Assembly (NCBI GenBank): GCA_017550315.1
Contig: JAFZPN010000058.1
Coordinates: 4,793 to 68,792, forward strand
Direction of reading: 5' to 3'
Length of the DNA: 64,000 bases
Source: Clostridia bacterium
GTDB taxonomy: Bacteria; Bacillota; Clostridia; Oscillospirales; CAG-272
Below the pieces are notes generated by a model. It made no database searches. It saw only the letters and a list, made by a program, of their open reading frames with translations, and had not been told where the DNA came from. Position 1 is the first letter of the stretch; each line of letters begins with the position of its first letter. Positions 54,595-63,481 of this stretch are shown here, in pieces. Made by a program: the position numbers and the translations under genes.

Positions 54595-56402
54595 GTTTTC
54601 AGAATCCGCGGGGGCTGTGGCTGCTTCTCGGCATCCCGGTCCTCATCCTGATCTGGCTGATCCGCCAGCAGCACGAAAACCGGCGGGTATCGAGCAGCTA
54701 TATCTGGCGGCTCAGCGACCGCTTCCTGAAGCGGCGTCTCCCCCTCTCCCGCTTCCGCCGGTGGCTGGTCTTTCTGTTGCAGCTCCTCCTTGTGGCGGGC
54801 GGGGCTTTTCTTGCCGCGCGTCCGGTTCTGGATCACGGCGCGCAGGTAGATTATCTCATCATCCTCGACGCCTCCGCGAGCATGCAGACGAAGACGGAGG
54901 GGGGCGATACGCGCTACGAGACCGCCGTCGGGATGGTCCGCGCGCTGTCGAAAGAGGTTTCGGACGGACACACCATGAGCGTGGTCCTCGCCGGGGAGCA
55001 GGCGGAATACCTCCTCGCGGACGCGTCTTCCCGGCAGGAAGTTTTGTCCGCGCTGGACGCCTCCTCCTGCGGATGGGGCGGATGCGCGCTCTCCGGGGCG
55101 ATGACGCTCGCGCAGCTCTTTCTCTATGAGCACCCGGGCGCAGAAGTGATCCTCTATACCGATCAGACGGTGGAAGAAGCCGAAGAGATCACTGTGGTCC
55201 GGCTCGGCGGGGAGGAATGGAACGCCGCCCTGACGCGCTTTTCCGTGCAGCAGGACGGAGAGGGCGGCGCGGATCTGACGGCGGCCCTCACGAGTCATGG
55301 GCAGGACGCGCAGATCGCGGTCGGGCTCTACGTCGACGGGCGGCTCGCCGAGGTGGTCAACTATGCCTGCCGGGCGGATACCCCGGCACAGGTCCGGTTC
55401 CATGTCGACGATCTGAAGGCGGTGGCCTCCTTTGCGCTGGCCATCGATCCCGGCGACGCGCTCGCGGAGGACAACCGGATCGTCTATTTCCCGGAGAACG
55501 AACGCCCGTGCGACACGCTGCTCGTGACACAGACGCCGTTCTATCTGGAAACCGCGCTCGATGCGCTCGGCCGCGGGGAGGTCCGTCTTGCTGCCACAGA
55601 GACTGAGATTCTCCCGTCGGGATACGATCTCTGCGTGTTCGACGGGTTTGTCCCCGACACCTTCCCACAGGCCGGCGCGATCTTTCTCGTGAATCCGCCC
55701 GCCATGCCCGACGGCCTGACACTGCGCGGCGTATCGGAGGAGCCGGTCTCCCTCACGGCATCCGCCGCCGGAAGTGTCTTTCTCGACAAGCTGCTCGCGA
55801 ACATGACGCTCGGCGAGACCGTGGTCGCGAAGCACGCCGTGGTCGACGCGACCGACGACTGGACGACGGTCTGCTCCGCGGCGGGCGATCCGGTGCTCCT
55901 TGCCCGGAACCTGGAAAACGGCTGCGCGCTCGTCGTGCTGCTGTTCGATCTGCATGACGCCAACCTGCCGCTGCAGACGGATTTTCTGCATCTGTTGCGC
56001 AATGTCATGAACCTCGCGACGCCCTCCCTTCTGGAGCGGCGGATCCTGACCGTCGGAGAGACACAGACCGTGACCCTTCTGCCGAACGCCGCCCCGGTCG
56101 TCATCACCGCGCCGGACGGGACCGTCACCGAGATCGGTGAGGCGGGCGACACCAAGCTTGCCGTCTCTCTGCCGGGCGCTTATCCGCTCGTGACGGAGGA
56201 CGAGGAGGCAGGATTCTTCGCCGTGATCCCGGAAGAGGAGAGCGCGCCGGCACAGACCGCCTCCCTCACGCTGATCCGGGAGGAGAGCGACAGCAAAACC
56301 GCACCCGAGGAAGCCACGGAGGGCATCTGGCGCATCGCCGCCCTGATCCTTCTGGCGATCCTCTTGACCGAATGGGGGATTTATGTCTATGAACAGCATT
56401 GA
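54591..56402 (+). CDS. BatA-N-terminal-domain / VWA-like membrane protein
   Basis: ATGA overlap with DUF58. N-terminal double-TM aerotolerance-type segment (FQNPRGLWLLLGIPVLILIWLIRQQ). MIDAS-like ILDASASM. C-terminal TM. Confidence 0.7.
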   Translation: MSFQNPRGLWLLLGIPVLILIWLIRQQHENRRVSSSYIWRLSDRFLKRRLPLSRFRRWLVFLLQLLLVAGGAFLAARPVLDHGAQVDYLIILDASASMQTKTEGGDTRYETAVGMVRALSKEVSDGHTMSVVLAGEQAEYLLADASSRQEVLSALDASSCGWGGCALSGAMTLAQLFLYEHPGAEVILYTDQTVEEAEEITVVRLGGEEWNAALTRFSVQQDGEGGADLTAALTSHGQDAQIAVGLYVDGRLAEVVNYACRADTPAQVRFHVDDLKAVASFALAIDPGDALAEDNRIVYFPENERPCDTLLVTQTPFYLETALDALGRGEVRLAATETEILPSGYDLCVFDGFVPDTFPQAGAIFLVNPPAMPDGLTLRGVSEEPVSLTASAAGSVFLDKLLANMTLGETVVAKHAVVDATDDWTTVCSAAGDPVLLARNLENGCALVVLLFDLHDANLPLQTDFLHLLRNVMNLATPSLLERRILTVGETQTVTLLPNAAPVVITAPDGTVTEIGEAGDTKLAVSLPGAYPLVTEDEEAGFFAVIPEEESAPAQTASLTLIREESDSKTAPEEATEGIWRIAALILLAILLTEWGIYVYEQH

Positions 56403-57966
56403 ACTATCCTTTGAATCCCCCCTTCTGTTGCTGCTGTTGATCCCGGCGATCCTGTTGATCCTTCTTCCGTGGCTCGGAATCCCCCGGGAAATGCGCCGGG
56501 GGTTCCGCAAGATCGCGCCGCTTATCCTGCACGGCGTGCTCGCGCTCGTGCTGGTCTTCGTCGCCGCGGGATTCACGCTCTCGACTCCTGTTGCCCCGGA
56601 TAGGGCAGGAGAAGACGAGGCCGCAGACACGGAGCCGGAGGAAGAGAGCGGCGGATTCCTCCTCATCACGGACGACACGGCTGCGGCGGAACAACTCCGG
56701 GAATACCTTCCGGAGGACGCGCCGGCCGGGATCGTCACCGCCAGACGCGCGCCCACCGATCTTACGATCCTGTCGTCGTATGAGCGGATCGTCCTGCTCG
56801 GCGTGTCGGCTGCCGATCTGCCCGAGCGGCTGGCGGGTCAGCTCGCGCTCTATGTCGAACAGGGGGGATCCCTCCTGCTCTCCGCGAGCGATCACAGCTT
56901 TTCCCTCGGCGGTATGCGCGGGACCGCTTATGAAACGCTGCTCCCCGTGTCCTTCGACTACACCGCCGAGGAGGGGGACAGCATCGCCCTCATGATCGTG
57001 CTCGACTGCTCGAACAGCATGAGCGGCGCGGGCGGCTGGGGCTGGGGCACTGCGGAGAATCTGTCCATGGCGAAGCAGGGCGCGATCCGGAGCATCGAGA
57101 CGCTGACGGCGAACGATACGGTCGGCATCGTCTCCTTCAACAGCACCGCGACCCTCCAGTCCCCGCTCACCCCGGCGACGGACACGCAGAAGGCGACGCT
57201 TTCCCGCGTGATCTCCGCCCTCGGCACGTCCCGGGGAACCTATTACTGCGACGCGCTGGAACTCGCGTGGGAGGAGCTCGGACAGTCGGACGCCCCGGTG
57301 CGCCACGTGATCTTCCTCTCGGACGGCGAGCCGAGCGACTACGGCTATAACAACATCGTGCGGAACATGGCGGCGGACGGGATCACCGTTTCGACCATCG
57401 CGCTCGGGTATTCCTCCTCCGTCCTTTCGGGGATGGCCTCGGACGGCGGCGGACGGTATTACGCCGTGACGAGCGTTTCCGAGCTCCCGGACATCATGCT
57501 GAGCGAGACGGAAACCGTGCTCTCCGATCCCCTGATCGAGGAGGAGACGGCGGTCACGCTGCCCGACGGTCTGCCGACGGATCTCCCTCCGGTGGACGGA
57601 TACCTCGGCACGACGCTCAAGGAGACGGCGGAACTCTTGCTCCAGACGCCGGACGGCGACCCGATCCTCGCACGGTGGACGCTCGGGGAAGGGGAGGCGG
57701 ACGCGTTTGCGAGCGACCTCGCCCGGTGGACGGACGGCTGGCGGGAGAGCAATACCGGGCGGCGGATGCTCCGGCAGATCCTCGCGATGGGGATCTCCGC
57801 GCCGGTGGAAGAAGCGGAGGAGATCTCCTCCGACGCGCCGCCCGCGAAGAATCTGTACGACATGCTCCTGCCGCTCGCGCTTGTGCTTCTTCTCGTCCTG
57901 CTCGCCGACATCGCGATCCGCCGCCTCCGCTGGAAGGACATCGTGATGTTCTTCGGGAGAGGGTGA
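56383..57966 (+). CDS. VWA-domain membrane protein
   Basis: Overlaps the upstream gene by 20 nt. N-terminal TM pair. MIDAS IVLDCSNSMSG. C-terminal TM LLPLALVLLLVLLADIAI. Confidence 0.8.
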   Translation: MSMNSIELSFESPLLLLLLIPAILLILLPWLGIPREMRRGFRKIAPLILHGVLALVLVFVAAGFTLSTPVAPDRAGEDEAADTEPEEESGGFLLITDDTAAAEQLREYLPEDAPAGIVTARRAPTDLTILSSYERIVLLGVSAADLPERLAGQLALYVEQGGSLLLSASDHSFSLGGMRGTAYETLLPVSFDYTAEEGDSIALMIVLDCSNSMSGAGGWGWGTAENLSMAKQGAIRSIETLTANDTVGIVSFNSTATLQSPLTPATDTQKATLSRVISALGTSRGTYYCDALELAWEELGQSDAPVRHVIFLSDGEPSDYGYNNIVRNMAADGITVSTIALGYSSSVLSGMASDGGGRYYAVTSVSELPDIMLSETETVLSDPLIEEETAVTLPDGLPTDLPPVDGYLGTTLKETAELLLQTPDGDPILARWTLGEGEADAFASDLARWTDGWRESNTGRRMLRQILAMGISAPVEEAEEISSDAPPAKNLYDMLLPLALVLLLVLLADIAIRRLRWKDIVMFFGRG

Positions 57967-57995
57967 GGACAGCCGAACAAGGTTTCCTGCGAATC

Positions 57996-58045
57996 AAAAA
58001 GCATCTGTGCAGCTTCGTACCGCATAGATGCTTTTGTTATTCTCT
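57996..58045. terminator. rho-independent terminator between convergent genes
   Basis: Stem AAAAAGCATCTGTGC / GCATAGATGCTTTTG (one G-T pair) followed by TTATTCTCTGTTT. Confidence 0.65.
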
Positions 58046-58074
58046 GTTTAATTCTGAGGATCTTCAAAGTCTCC

Positions 58075-59901
58075 TCACGACTCCGCGAGGACAATCAGAC
58101 AGTCTCCCTCCTCGAGGTCGAGCTCCTCGTTCAGAGCCGGGTTGAAGACGCTCTGGCGGGTTTCGGACGGGATGTACCCGATGACGATCATCCGCTGCGC
58201 CAGAGCGATCTTGCGGATCTCCGCGGTCGTCTTCTTTCCCGCGCACTGCATCTCTCCGGCTTCGAGCAGATAGAGCTCGCTGCCGCGGTTCGAGAGCAGC
58301 TCCCGGAACGCGTCGATCAGCTCGGGGCTCTCCGCCAGCTGCGCGAGGAACAGGGAGGACATGTTCGAGGACACGACGAAATCCGTGTTGTCATCGGTGA
58401 CGACAAGGTGCTGGTTGTGCTCCTTCCGCATCTCCGCCGTGATGCTGAACGAGAGACCGAGACGGGTGCGGATGTCCCGCAGGTTCAGGAGGAGGAAGAT
58501 CGTGTCCATGTCCGCCTCGTCGTCTTCCTTGTCGTAGTCGGAGAGGATGACGATGTGCTCGGACTCCCGGGCCAGGCGTGAGAGGGCGTCGTCCCGCAGA
58601 AGGTTGGCGTGGGAAAAGTGGACGGGGAAGGGATTCTTCCGCCTCGCGACGGCAGCGGAGACCGCGTCCCGGTCGGGCTCCCGCACGGTGTTGATGGTGA
58701 CTTCCGAGACGTTTTCAGGGAGCTCGTACAGAATGGTGCCGAGCGATTCGAGACCGCCGATGACGGTGACCTTTTCCTGCCGCTTTTCCGCGCGGTGTCC
58801 CGGATCGAGCGTAAAGTCCCGCGCCTCTGCCGCTTCGACGAATTTCGCCGTGTCATCCTCCTCCGCGAACACGAGGATCCGCTCGCCCTCGCCGATCACG
58901 GTATTCTCGGGCGGATTGATCCGGATCCCCCTCTCGCCGCATATGCCGACGGGGGCGGCGCAGTCCACGCGCAGCATCAGCTCGCCGAACGTCAGACCGG
59001 CCGCGGGAAGATCCACAGAATAGAGCTCGCAGCCCTCAAAATTGAAGACCTCCCGGAACGTGACGGACAGCCCGCACTGGGTGCAGGAGTGCGCGATGAT
59101 CTTGGCGACGACCTCGCTGGTTTGGAGGGTCGTGACGTTGTGCTTCGCCGCGATGGACGGCGGGAACCGGTATTCCGCCTTCGTGACGACTGCGCCTACG
59201 CGGACGTTCGCGTTCTCCGGACCGATGACGGCGGAGACGGCGAGCAGGGCCTTGGTGGTCCGGTAATCGTCCGTCGGGCTGATGATGACCGAGCGGCAGG
59301 CGGAGAGGGCACACCGCTCGAGGGCCTTCGGATCGAAGATATCCACCGTCCGGCAGATGATCCGGACGTTCTTCGGCTTTTCGATGTTGTCGGCGATGTA
59401 CTGCTGCATCTCCTCCTGCTCGATATCGTCCGCGACGACGATGCAGCAGGGCTCCTCGGCCGCGGCCAGGACGAGCTGCTGGATCAGGGTGTATTCGCCC
59501 GGATAGAAGCCGAGCACGACGATGTGATCCTCCTCGACGACGGCGGACGAACCGCGCTTGAGGCTGGTGATCTTCTCCTCGATGCCGCTCGAGATGATGC
59601 CGATGAGGACGCTCGTGATGAAGAGCCCGGCGATCGCGGAGAGCGACATCAGGATCAGGTAGCCGATCCCGCCGTCCTCAAAGGAGGGCATCCACGCGTT
59701 GATGACGGTCGCCGCGCTGTCCCAGAAGGCGGCGAGAAAACCGTCCTCGCCGTTGAGGTGAAAGAGAAAGATGACGAGCGCGATGAGGAGCACGATGAAG
59801 AGCGAAAGCACGGCGAGCAGCCGGATCAGCCCCATGCTCCCGCCGGAGATCCGGTTGTCGAACCAATACAGGAGCTTCTTCTTGAAACTGGCTTTTTTCA
59901 T
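58075..59901 (-). CDS. CASTOR/POLLUX-like 2-TM cation channel with tandem RCK-type cytoplasmic domains
   Basis: Start ATG 59901 (GGGAGG 6 nt upstream). TM1, a pore-helix-like AFWDSAATVINAWMP, then TM2. Two Rossmann-like modules (HIVVLGFYPGEY; KVTVIGGLESLG). Confidence 0.7.
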   Translation of the reverse strand: MKKASFKKKLLYWFDNRISGGSMGLIRLLAVLSLFIVLLIALVIFLFHLNGEDGFLAAFWDSAATVINAWMPSFEDGGIGYLILMSLSAIAGLFITSVLIGIISSGIEEKITSLKRGSSAVVEEDHIVVLGFYPGEYTLIQQLVLAAAEEPCCIVVADDIEQEEMQQYIADNIEKPKNVRIICRTVDIFDPKALERCALSACRSVIISPTDDYRTTKALLAVSAVIGPENANVRVGAVVTKAEYRFPPSIAAKHNVTTLQTSEVVAKIIAHSCTQCGLSVTFREVFNFEGCELYSVDLPAAGLTFGELMLRVDCAAPVGICGERGIRINPPENTVIGEGERILVFAEEDDTAKFVEAAEARDFTLDPGHRAEKRQEKVTVIGGLESLGTILYELPENVSEVTINTVREPDRDAVSAAVARRKNPFPVHFSHANLLRDDALSRLARESEHIVILSDYDKEDDEADMDTIFLLLNLRDIRTRLGLSFSITAEMRKEHNQHLVVTDDNTDFVVSSNMSSLFLAQLAESPELIDAFRELLSNRGSELYLLEAGEMQCAGKKTTAEIRKIALAQRMIVIGYIPSETRQSVFNPALNEELDLEEGDCLIVLAES

Positions 59902-60194
59902 ACCCATCCTCCCGGGATTTCTCTGAAGCAAGCGGACGGAATGCGGAAGGTTTCCCCGTTTCATTATACACGTTGCCGGAGCGGATTGCAAGATCCCGCG
60001 CGAAGATTTGCGCATCGCGCCGCATTTTCGTGCCCCGGTGCGGCGGACAACCTGTAAACATACTGTAAACTATGGCAAAACCGCTTTCCTTTCGCGCTTT
60101 AATGTGATAAAATGGTAAAAGAGCAAATCGTCCGCCCTGGAAAAAGCAAGACAAATAGGGCGGCGCAAGAATTTCAAAGGAGAAACAAATTTCC

Positions 60195-60998
60195 ATGAAA
60201 AAGTATCTCGCACTTCTGATGGCGGCGCTCATGCTGTTCGCCGTGACCGCCTGCTCCTCTTCGGGTTCCTCGGATCCCTCCGTCGCCGGACGCACCGGAT
60301 TCATCATGGGCATCGACCCGGAATATCCCCCCTTCAGCTATCTCGGAGACGACGGCTCCTACACCGGATTTGACGTGGAGGTCTGCCAGGCCGTCTGCGA
60401 CTATCTCGGCTGGAAGCTGACGATCTTCGGCGTCAACTGGGACGAAAAGCTCGTTCAGCTCGATTCCATGGAATGCGACTGCGTATGGTCCGGCATGACC
60501 ATTCTCGACAGCATGAAGGACGCCGGCTACGTGATCTCCGCGCCGTATTACGACAACACGCAGGTGCTGGTCGTGAAGGAAGACAGCGGATTTAACTCCT
60601 CCGCGGATCTGGCCGGCAAGCTCGTGGCGGTCCAGCTCGGCACGTCGGGCGAGATCCTTCTCAACGAAGATCTGGCCGATCTCGCCGCGACCTTCGAGAA
60701 CGTGATCACCTGCGACAGCTTCCTGAAATGCTTCACGGAGCTCGCGGGGAATTCCGTGGACGCGGTGTTCGTGGACCTTCCCGTCGCCGCCAGCTACACC
60801 AAGGAACACGAAGGCTTCAAGATCATCGACGAGCAGCTCGGCGCCGAACAGTACGGCATCGCGTTCCGTTCCGGCGATAAAGCCCTCTGCGACGCCGTCG
60901 AAAAGGCCATCGCGGCGCTCGTCGAAAACGGCAAATACGCCGAGATCGCCGCAAAGTATCCGGATATCGTCAACAACCTGCTCTTCTTAAACGACTGA
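60195..60998 (+). CDS. polar amino-acid ABC transporter substrate-binding lipoprotein (SBP family 3)
   Basis: AAAGGAG RBS. Lipobox VTAC. Family 3 pattern (IMGIDPEYPPFSY, GFDVEV, VAVQLGTSGE). Confidence 0.85.
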   Translation: MKKYLALLMAALMLFAVTACSSSGSSDPSVAGRTGFIMGIDPEYPPFSYLGDDGSYTGFDVEVCQAVCDYLGWKLTIFGVNWDEKLVQLDSMECDCVWSGMTILDSMKDAGYVISAPYYDNTQVLVVKEDSGFNSSADLAGKLVAVQLGTSGEILLNEDLADLAATFENVITCDSFLKCFTELAGNSVDAVFVDLPVAASYTKEHEGFKIIDEQLGAEQYGIAFRSGDKALCDAVEKAIAALVENGKYAEIAAKYPDIVNNLLFLND

Positions 60999-61037
60999 TT
61001 CCAAGTCCCTACCGGACAAATCCATAAGAGACCGGCG

Positions 61038-61080
61038 CCCGAAAGTGCTTTTCAGCGCTTTCGGGAGCTTGTCTTTTTCC
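61038..61080 (+). terminator. intra-operon hairpin/partial terminator after the SBP gene
   Basis: Stem CCCGAAAGTGC / GCGCTTTCGGG (1 mismatch) followed by AGCTTGTCTTTTTCC. Typical of SBP over-expression relative to the permease. Confidence 0.55.
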
Positions 61081-61155
61081 GTATCCGCCGCCATGCCGCC
61101 TGCCCGGGACGGGGCGCTGCGGATCCTGTCATTCTGTATGCAAGAGGTGTGATCC

Positions 61156-61803
61156 ATGTCGTTGATGACGATGATCGTCAAGATGAGCGAGGGGCTCGGA
61201 AAGACCTGCGCCATCTTCTTTCTGACGCTGCTCTTCTCCCTCCCGCTGGGTATGCTCGTCGCCCTGCTGCGCATGAGCAAAAACAAGATCCTGTCCTCCG
61301 TCGTGCGGTTCTTCATCACGGTATTGCGCGGAACACCGCTGATGCTGCAGCTTCTCGCGGTGACGTACGGACCCTATTATCTGTTCGGCGCGAATGTGTC
61401 CCGCAACAAGCTGATCCCGGTGGTGATCGCGTTTTCCATCAACTACGCCGCGTATTTCGCCGAGATCTACCGCGGGGGGATCGAATCCATCCCCAAAGGG
61501 CAGTATGAGGCCGCAACCGTCCTCGGGTACAGCCGCTTCCAGACCTTTATGAGGATCATTCTGCCGCAGGTCGTCAAGCGCATCATGCCGAGCGTGACCA
61601 ACGAAGTGGTGACCCTCGTCAAGGACACCTCGATGGCCTTCACGGTTTCGTATCAGGAGATGTTCACGATCGGGAAGCAGATCGCGAACTCCCAGACGAG
61701 CTTCATGCCGTTCATCGTGGCCGGCGTCTTCTATTACCTGTTCAACCTCGTCGTGGACCGGGTGATGGGCCGGATCGAAAAGCATCTGAACTATTACAGC
61801 TGA
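61156..61803 (+). CDS. polar amino-acid ABC transporter permease
   Basis: AAGAGGTG RBS. HisM/GlnP-type motifs (VLRGTPLMLQLL, AYFAEIYRGGIESIPKGQYEAA). Confidence 0.85.
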   Translation: MSLMTMIVKMSEGLGKTCAIFFLTLLFSLPLGMLVALLRMSKNKILSSVVRFFITVLRGTPLMLQLLAVTYGPYYLFGANVSRNKLIPVVIAFSINYAAYFAEIYRGGIESIPKGQYEAATVLGYSRFQTFMRIILPQVVKRIMPSVTNEVVTLVKDTSMAFTVSYQEMFTIGKQIANSQTSFMPFIVAGVFYYLFNLVVDRVMGRIEKHLNYYS

Positions 61804-61821
61804 GAAAGGAGGAGAAACCGC

Positions 61822-62595
61822 ATGTCAGAGAGAACCGAACCGAAACCGTCCGCTCCCATTCTGGAAGTGCGCGGCCTGCGGAAGGCATTTGACCGGGTGC
61901 CGGTGCTGCGGGACATCTCGTTTTCCGTCGAGAAGGGAAACGTCATCACCGTCATCGGACCGTCCGGATCCGGAAAATCGACCCTGCTGCGCTGCGCCTC
62001 CTTCCTGGAAAGCGCAAACGACGGCGACATCCTGTACGACGGGGAATACGCGCTCAAGAGCGGCGTCTACGCCCAGAAGAAAGATCTGAACCGGTTCCGG
62101 ACCCTGTTCGGGATGGTGTTCCAGAACTTCAATCTCTTCCCCCATTATTCGGTCATGAGGAACATCTGCGAGCCGCCCATCCTGCGCGGATGCGAGAAAG
62201 AGGCCGCGGAAGAACGCGCCGTCACACTGCTCAAAAAGATGGGGCTGGAGGGCAAGGAGAAAGCGTATCCCTGCCAGCTCTCCGGCGGTCAGCAGCAGCG
62301 AGTGGCGATCGCCCGCGCCCTGGCGCTTGAACCGGAGATCCTGTATTTCGACGAGCCGACCAGCGCGCTCGATCCGGAGCTCACGGGAGAAGTTCTGAAG
62401 GTCATCCGTCAGCTCGCGGAGGATCACATGACCATGGTCGTGGTGACGCACGAGATGTCCTTCGCCCACGCGGTGAGCCACCGGGTCGTCTTCATGGACG
62501 GCGGCTACATCATGGAAGAGGGTACGCCTTCGGAGATCTTCGACAACCCGCGCGAGGAACGGACCAAGCGGTTCTTAAGCAATTACAGAAAATGA
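61822..62595 (+). CDS. polar amino-acid ABC transporter ATP-binding protein
   Basis: AAGGAGGAG RBS. Walker [30 protein letters not shown]. Confidence 0.9.
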   Translation: MSERTEPKPSAPILEVRGLRKAFDRVPVLRDISFSVEKGNVITVIGPSGSGKSTLLRCASFLESANDGDILYDGEYALKSGVYAQKKDLNRFRTLFGMVFQNFNLFPHYSVMRNICEPPILRGCEKEAAEERAVTLLKKMGLEGKEKAYPCQLSGGQQQRVAIARALALEPEILYFDEPTSALDPELTGEVLKVIRQLAEDHMTMVVVTHEMSFAHAVSHRVVFMDGGYIMEEGTPSEIFDNPREERTKRFLSNYRK

Positions 62596-63362
62596 GAGAC
62601 ATTCGCTATGCGCTGCTCGATCCGACAGGGAACCGGACCGTGCTGGCGGAAACGGAAGTTCCCCCCGCAGAGCAGCCACTCATCGCGAAGCGGATCATGG
62701 AACGCGAGCCCGACGCGGAACAGGTGGGGTTTGTCTCCCCCCGCCCGGACGGGGTGGCGATGCGCATGGCCGGCGGGGAATTCTGCGGAAACGCCACGAT
62801 GAGCGCGGCGGTCCTCTTTGCCCTCGATCACGGAATTGCACAGGGCGTGATCCCGGTCGCGGTCTCCTGTCAGCCGGATCCCGTGCCAGTCCGCGTGGCA
62901 GCTTTGCCGGACGGGCGCATGCGGGGCGAGGTGGACATGCCCCTGCCGCTCTCGATCGGGGAGGAGACATTTCCCGACGGGGTGTGCCGTCCGGTCGTGC
63001 GGTTTCGCGGCATCGCCCACGTGATTCTGGAAAGCCCGCTCTCCCGGGCGGATGCCGAGGCGTGCGCGCCGCAGTGGTGCCGCTACCTGGACGCCGCGTC
63101 GCTCGGGATCATGACGGTGGACCGCCGGGCGGGGACGCTGTTGCCGCTCGTGTATGTTCCCTCGGCGGATACGCTGTGCTGGGAGAACTCCTGCGCGAGC
63201 GGGACTACGGCGGTCGGCGCGTATCTGGCGGCATCCGCGGGCATGGACACGGTGTCCCTCCGTCAGCCGGGCGGGACTTTGCGCGTGGACATGCGGGAGG
63301 GAAGGCTTCTCCTCATGGGAACCGTACGGCTGATGTACCGGCGGACGCTCACCCTTGCGTGA
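62592..63362 (+). CDS. DapF-fold (diaminopimelate-epimerase-like) two-Cys racemase/epimerase
   Basis: ATGA overlap with the ATPase gene. Two Cys contexts resemble the DapF catalytic sites ([11 protein letters not shown] and [14 protein letters not shown]). Confidence 0.65.
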   Translation: MRDIRYALLDPTGNRTVLAETEVPPAEQPLIAKRIMEREPDAEQVGFVSPRPDGVAMRMAGGEFCGNATMSAAVLFALDHGIAQGVIPVAVSCQPDPVPVRVAALPDGRMRGEVDMPLPLSIGEETFPDGVCRPVVRFRGIAHVILESPLSRADAEACAPQWCRYLDAASLGIMTVDRRAGTLLPLVYVPSADTLCWENSCASGTTAVGAYLAASAGMDTVSLRQPGGTLRVDMREGRLLLMGTVRLMYRRTLTLA

Positions 63363-63387
63363 ATCGAAACAGCACGGAATGACTGCA

Positions 63388-63432
63388 AAAAGTCCCCGGA
63401 ATCGCGTGGATTTCGAGGGCTTTTTCGTGTTA
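63388..63432. terminator. weak imperfect hairpin between convergent genes
   Basis: AAAAAGTCCCCGGAATC / GGATTTCGAGGGCTTTTT with about 3 mismatches, followed by TTTTTCG. Confidence 0.35.
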
Positions 63433-63481
63433 TGCAATTCTCAGATGCGGACCGCGGAGAGGAAATCTTCCGGGGGACGGA

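Noticed and set aside
54219-56756. 845-aa antisense ORF across the BatA/VWA genes, and similar long shadows (5210-6901, 12027-13460, 25130-26620, 32147-34138, 49217-51208, 58609-60057, 43223-44785)
   Set aside because: Each overlaps a gene with recognisable motifs on the other strand. All are Arg/Pro/Gly-rich and lack RBSs. They are artefacts of high GC3.
59902-60194. T-box or other amino-acid riboswitch upstream of the amino-acid ABC operon
   Set aside because: No T-box consensus (AAUUAGGGUGGUACCGCG-like) or specifier hairpin was seen. The region is short and shared with the divergent channel gene. Only a small CGCCCT/AGGGCG hairpin is present.
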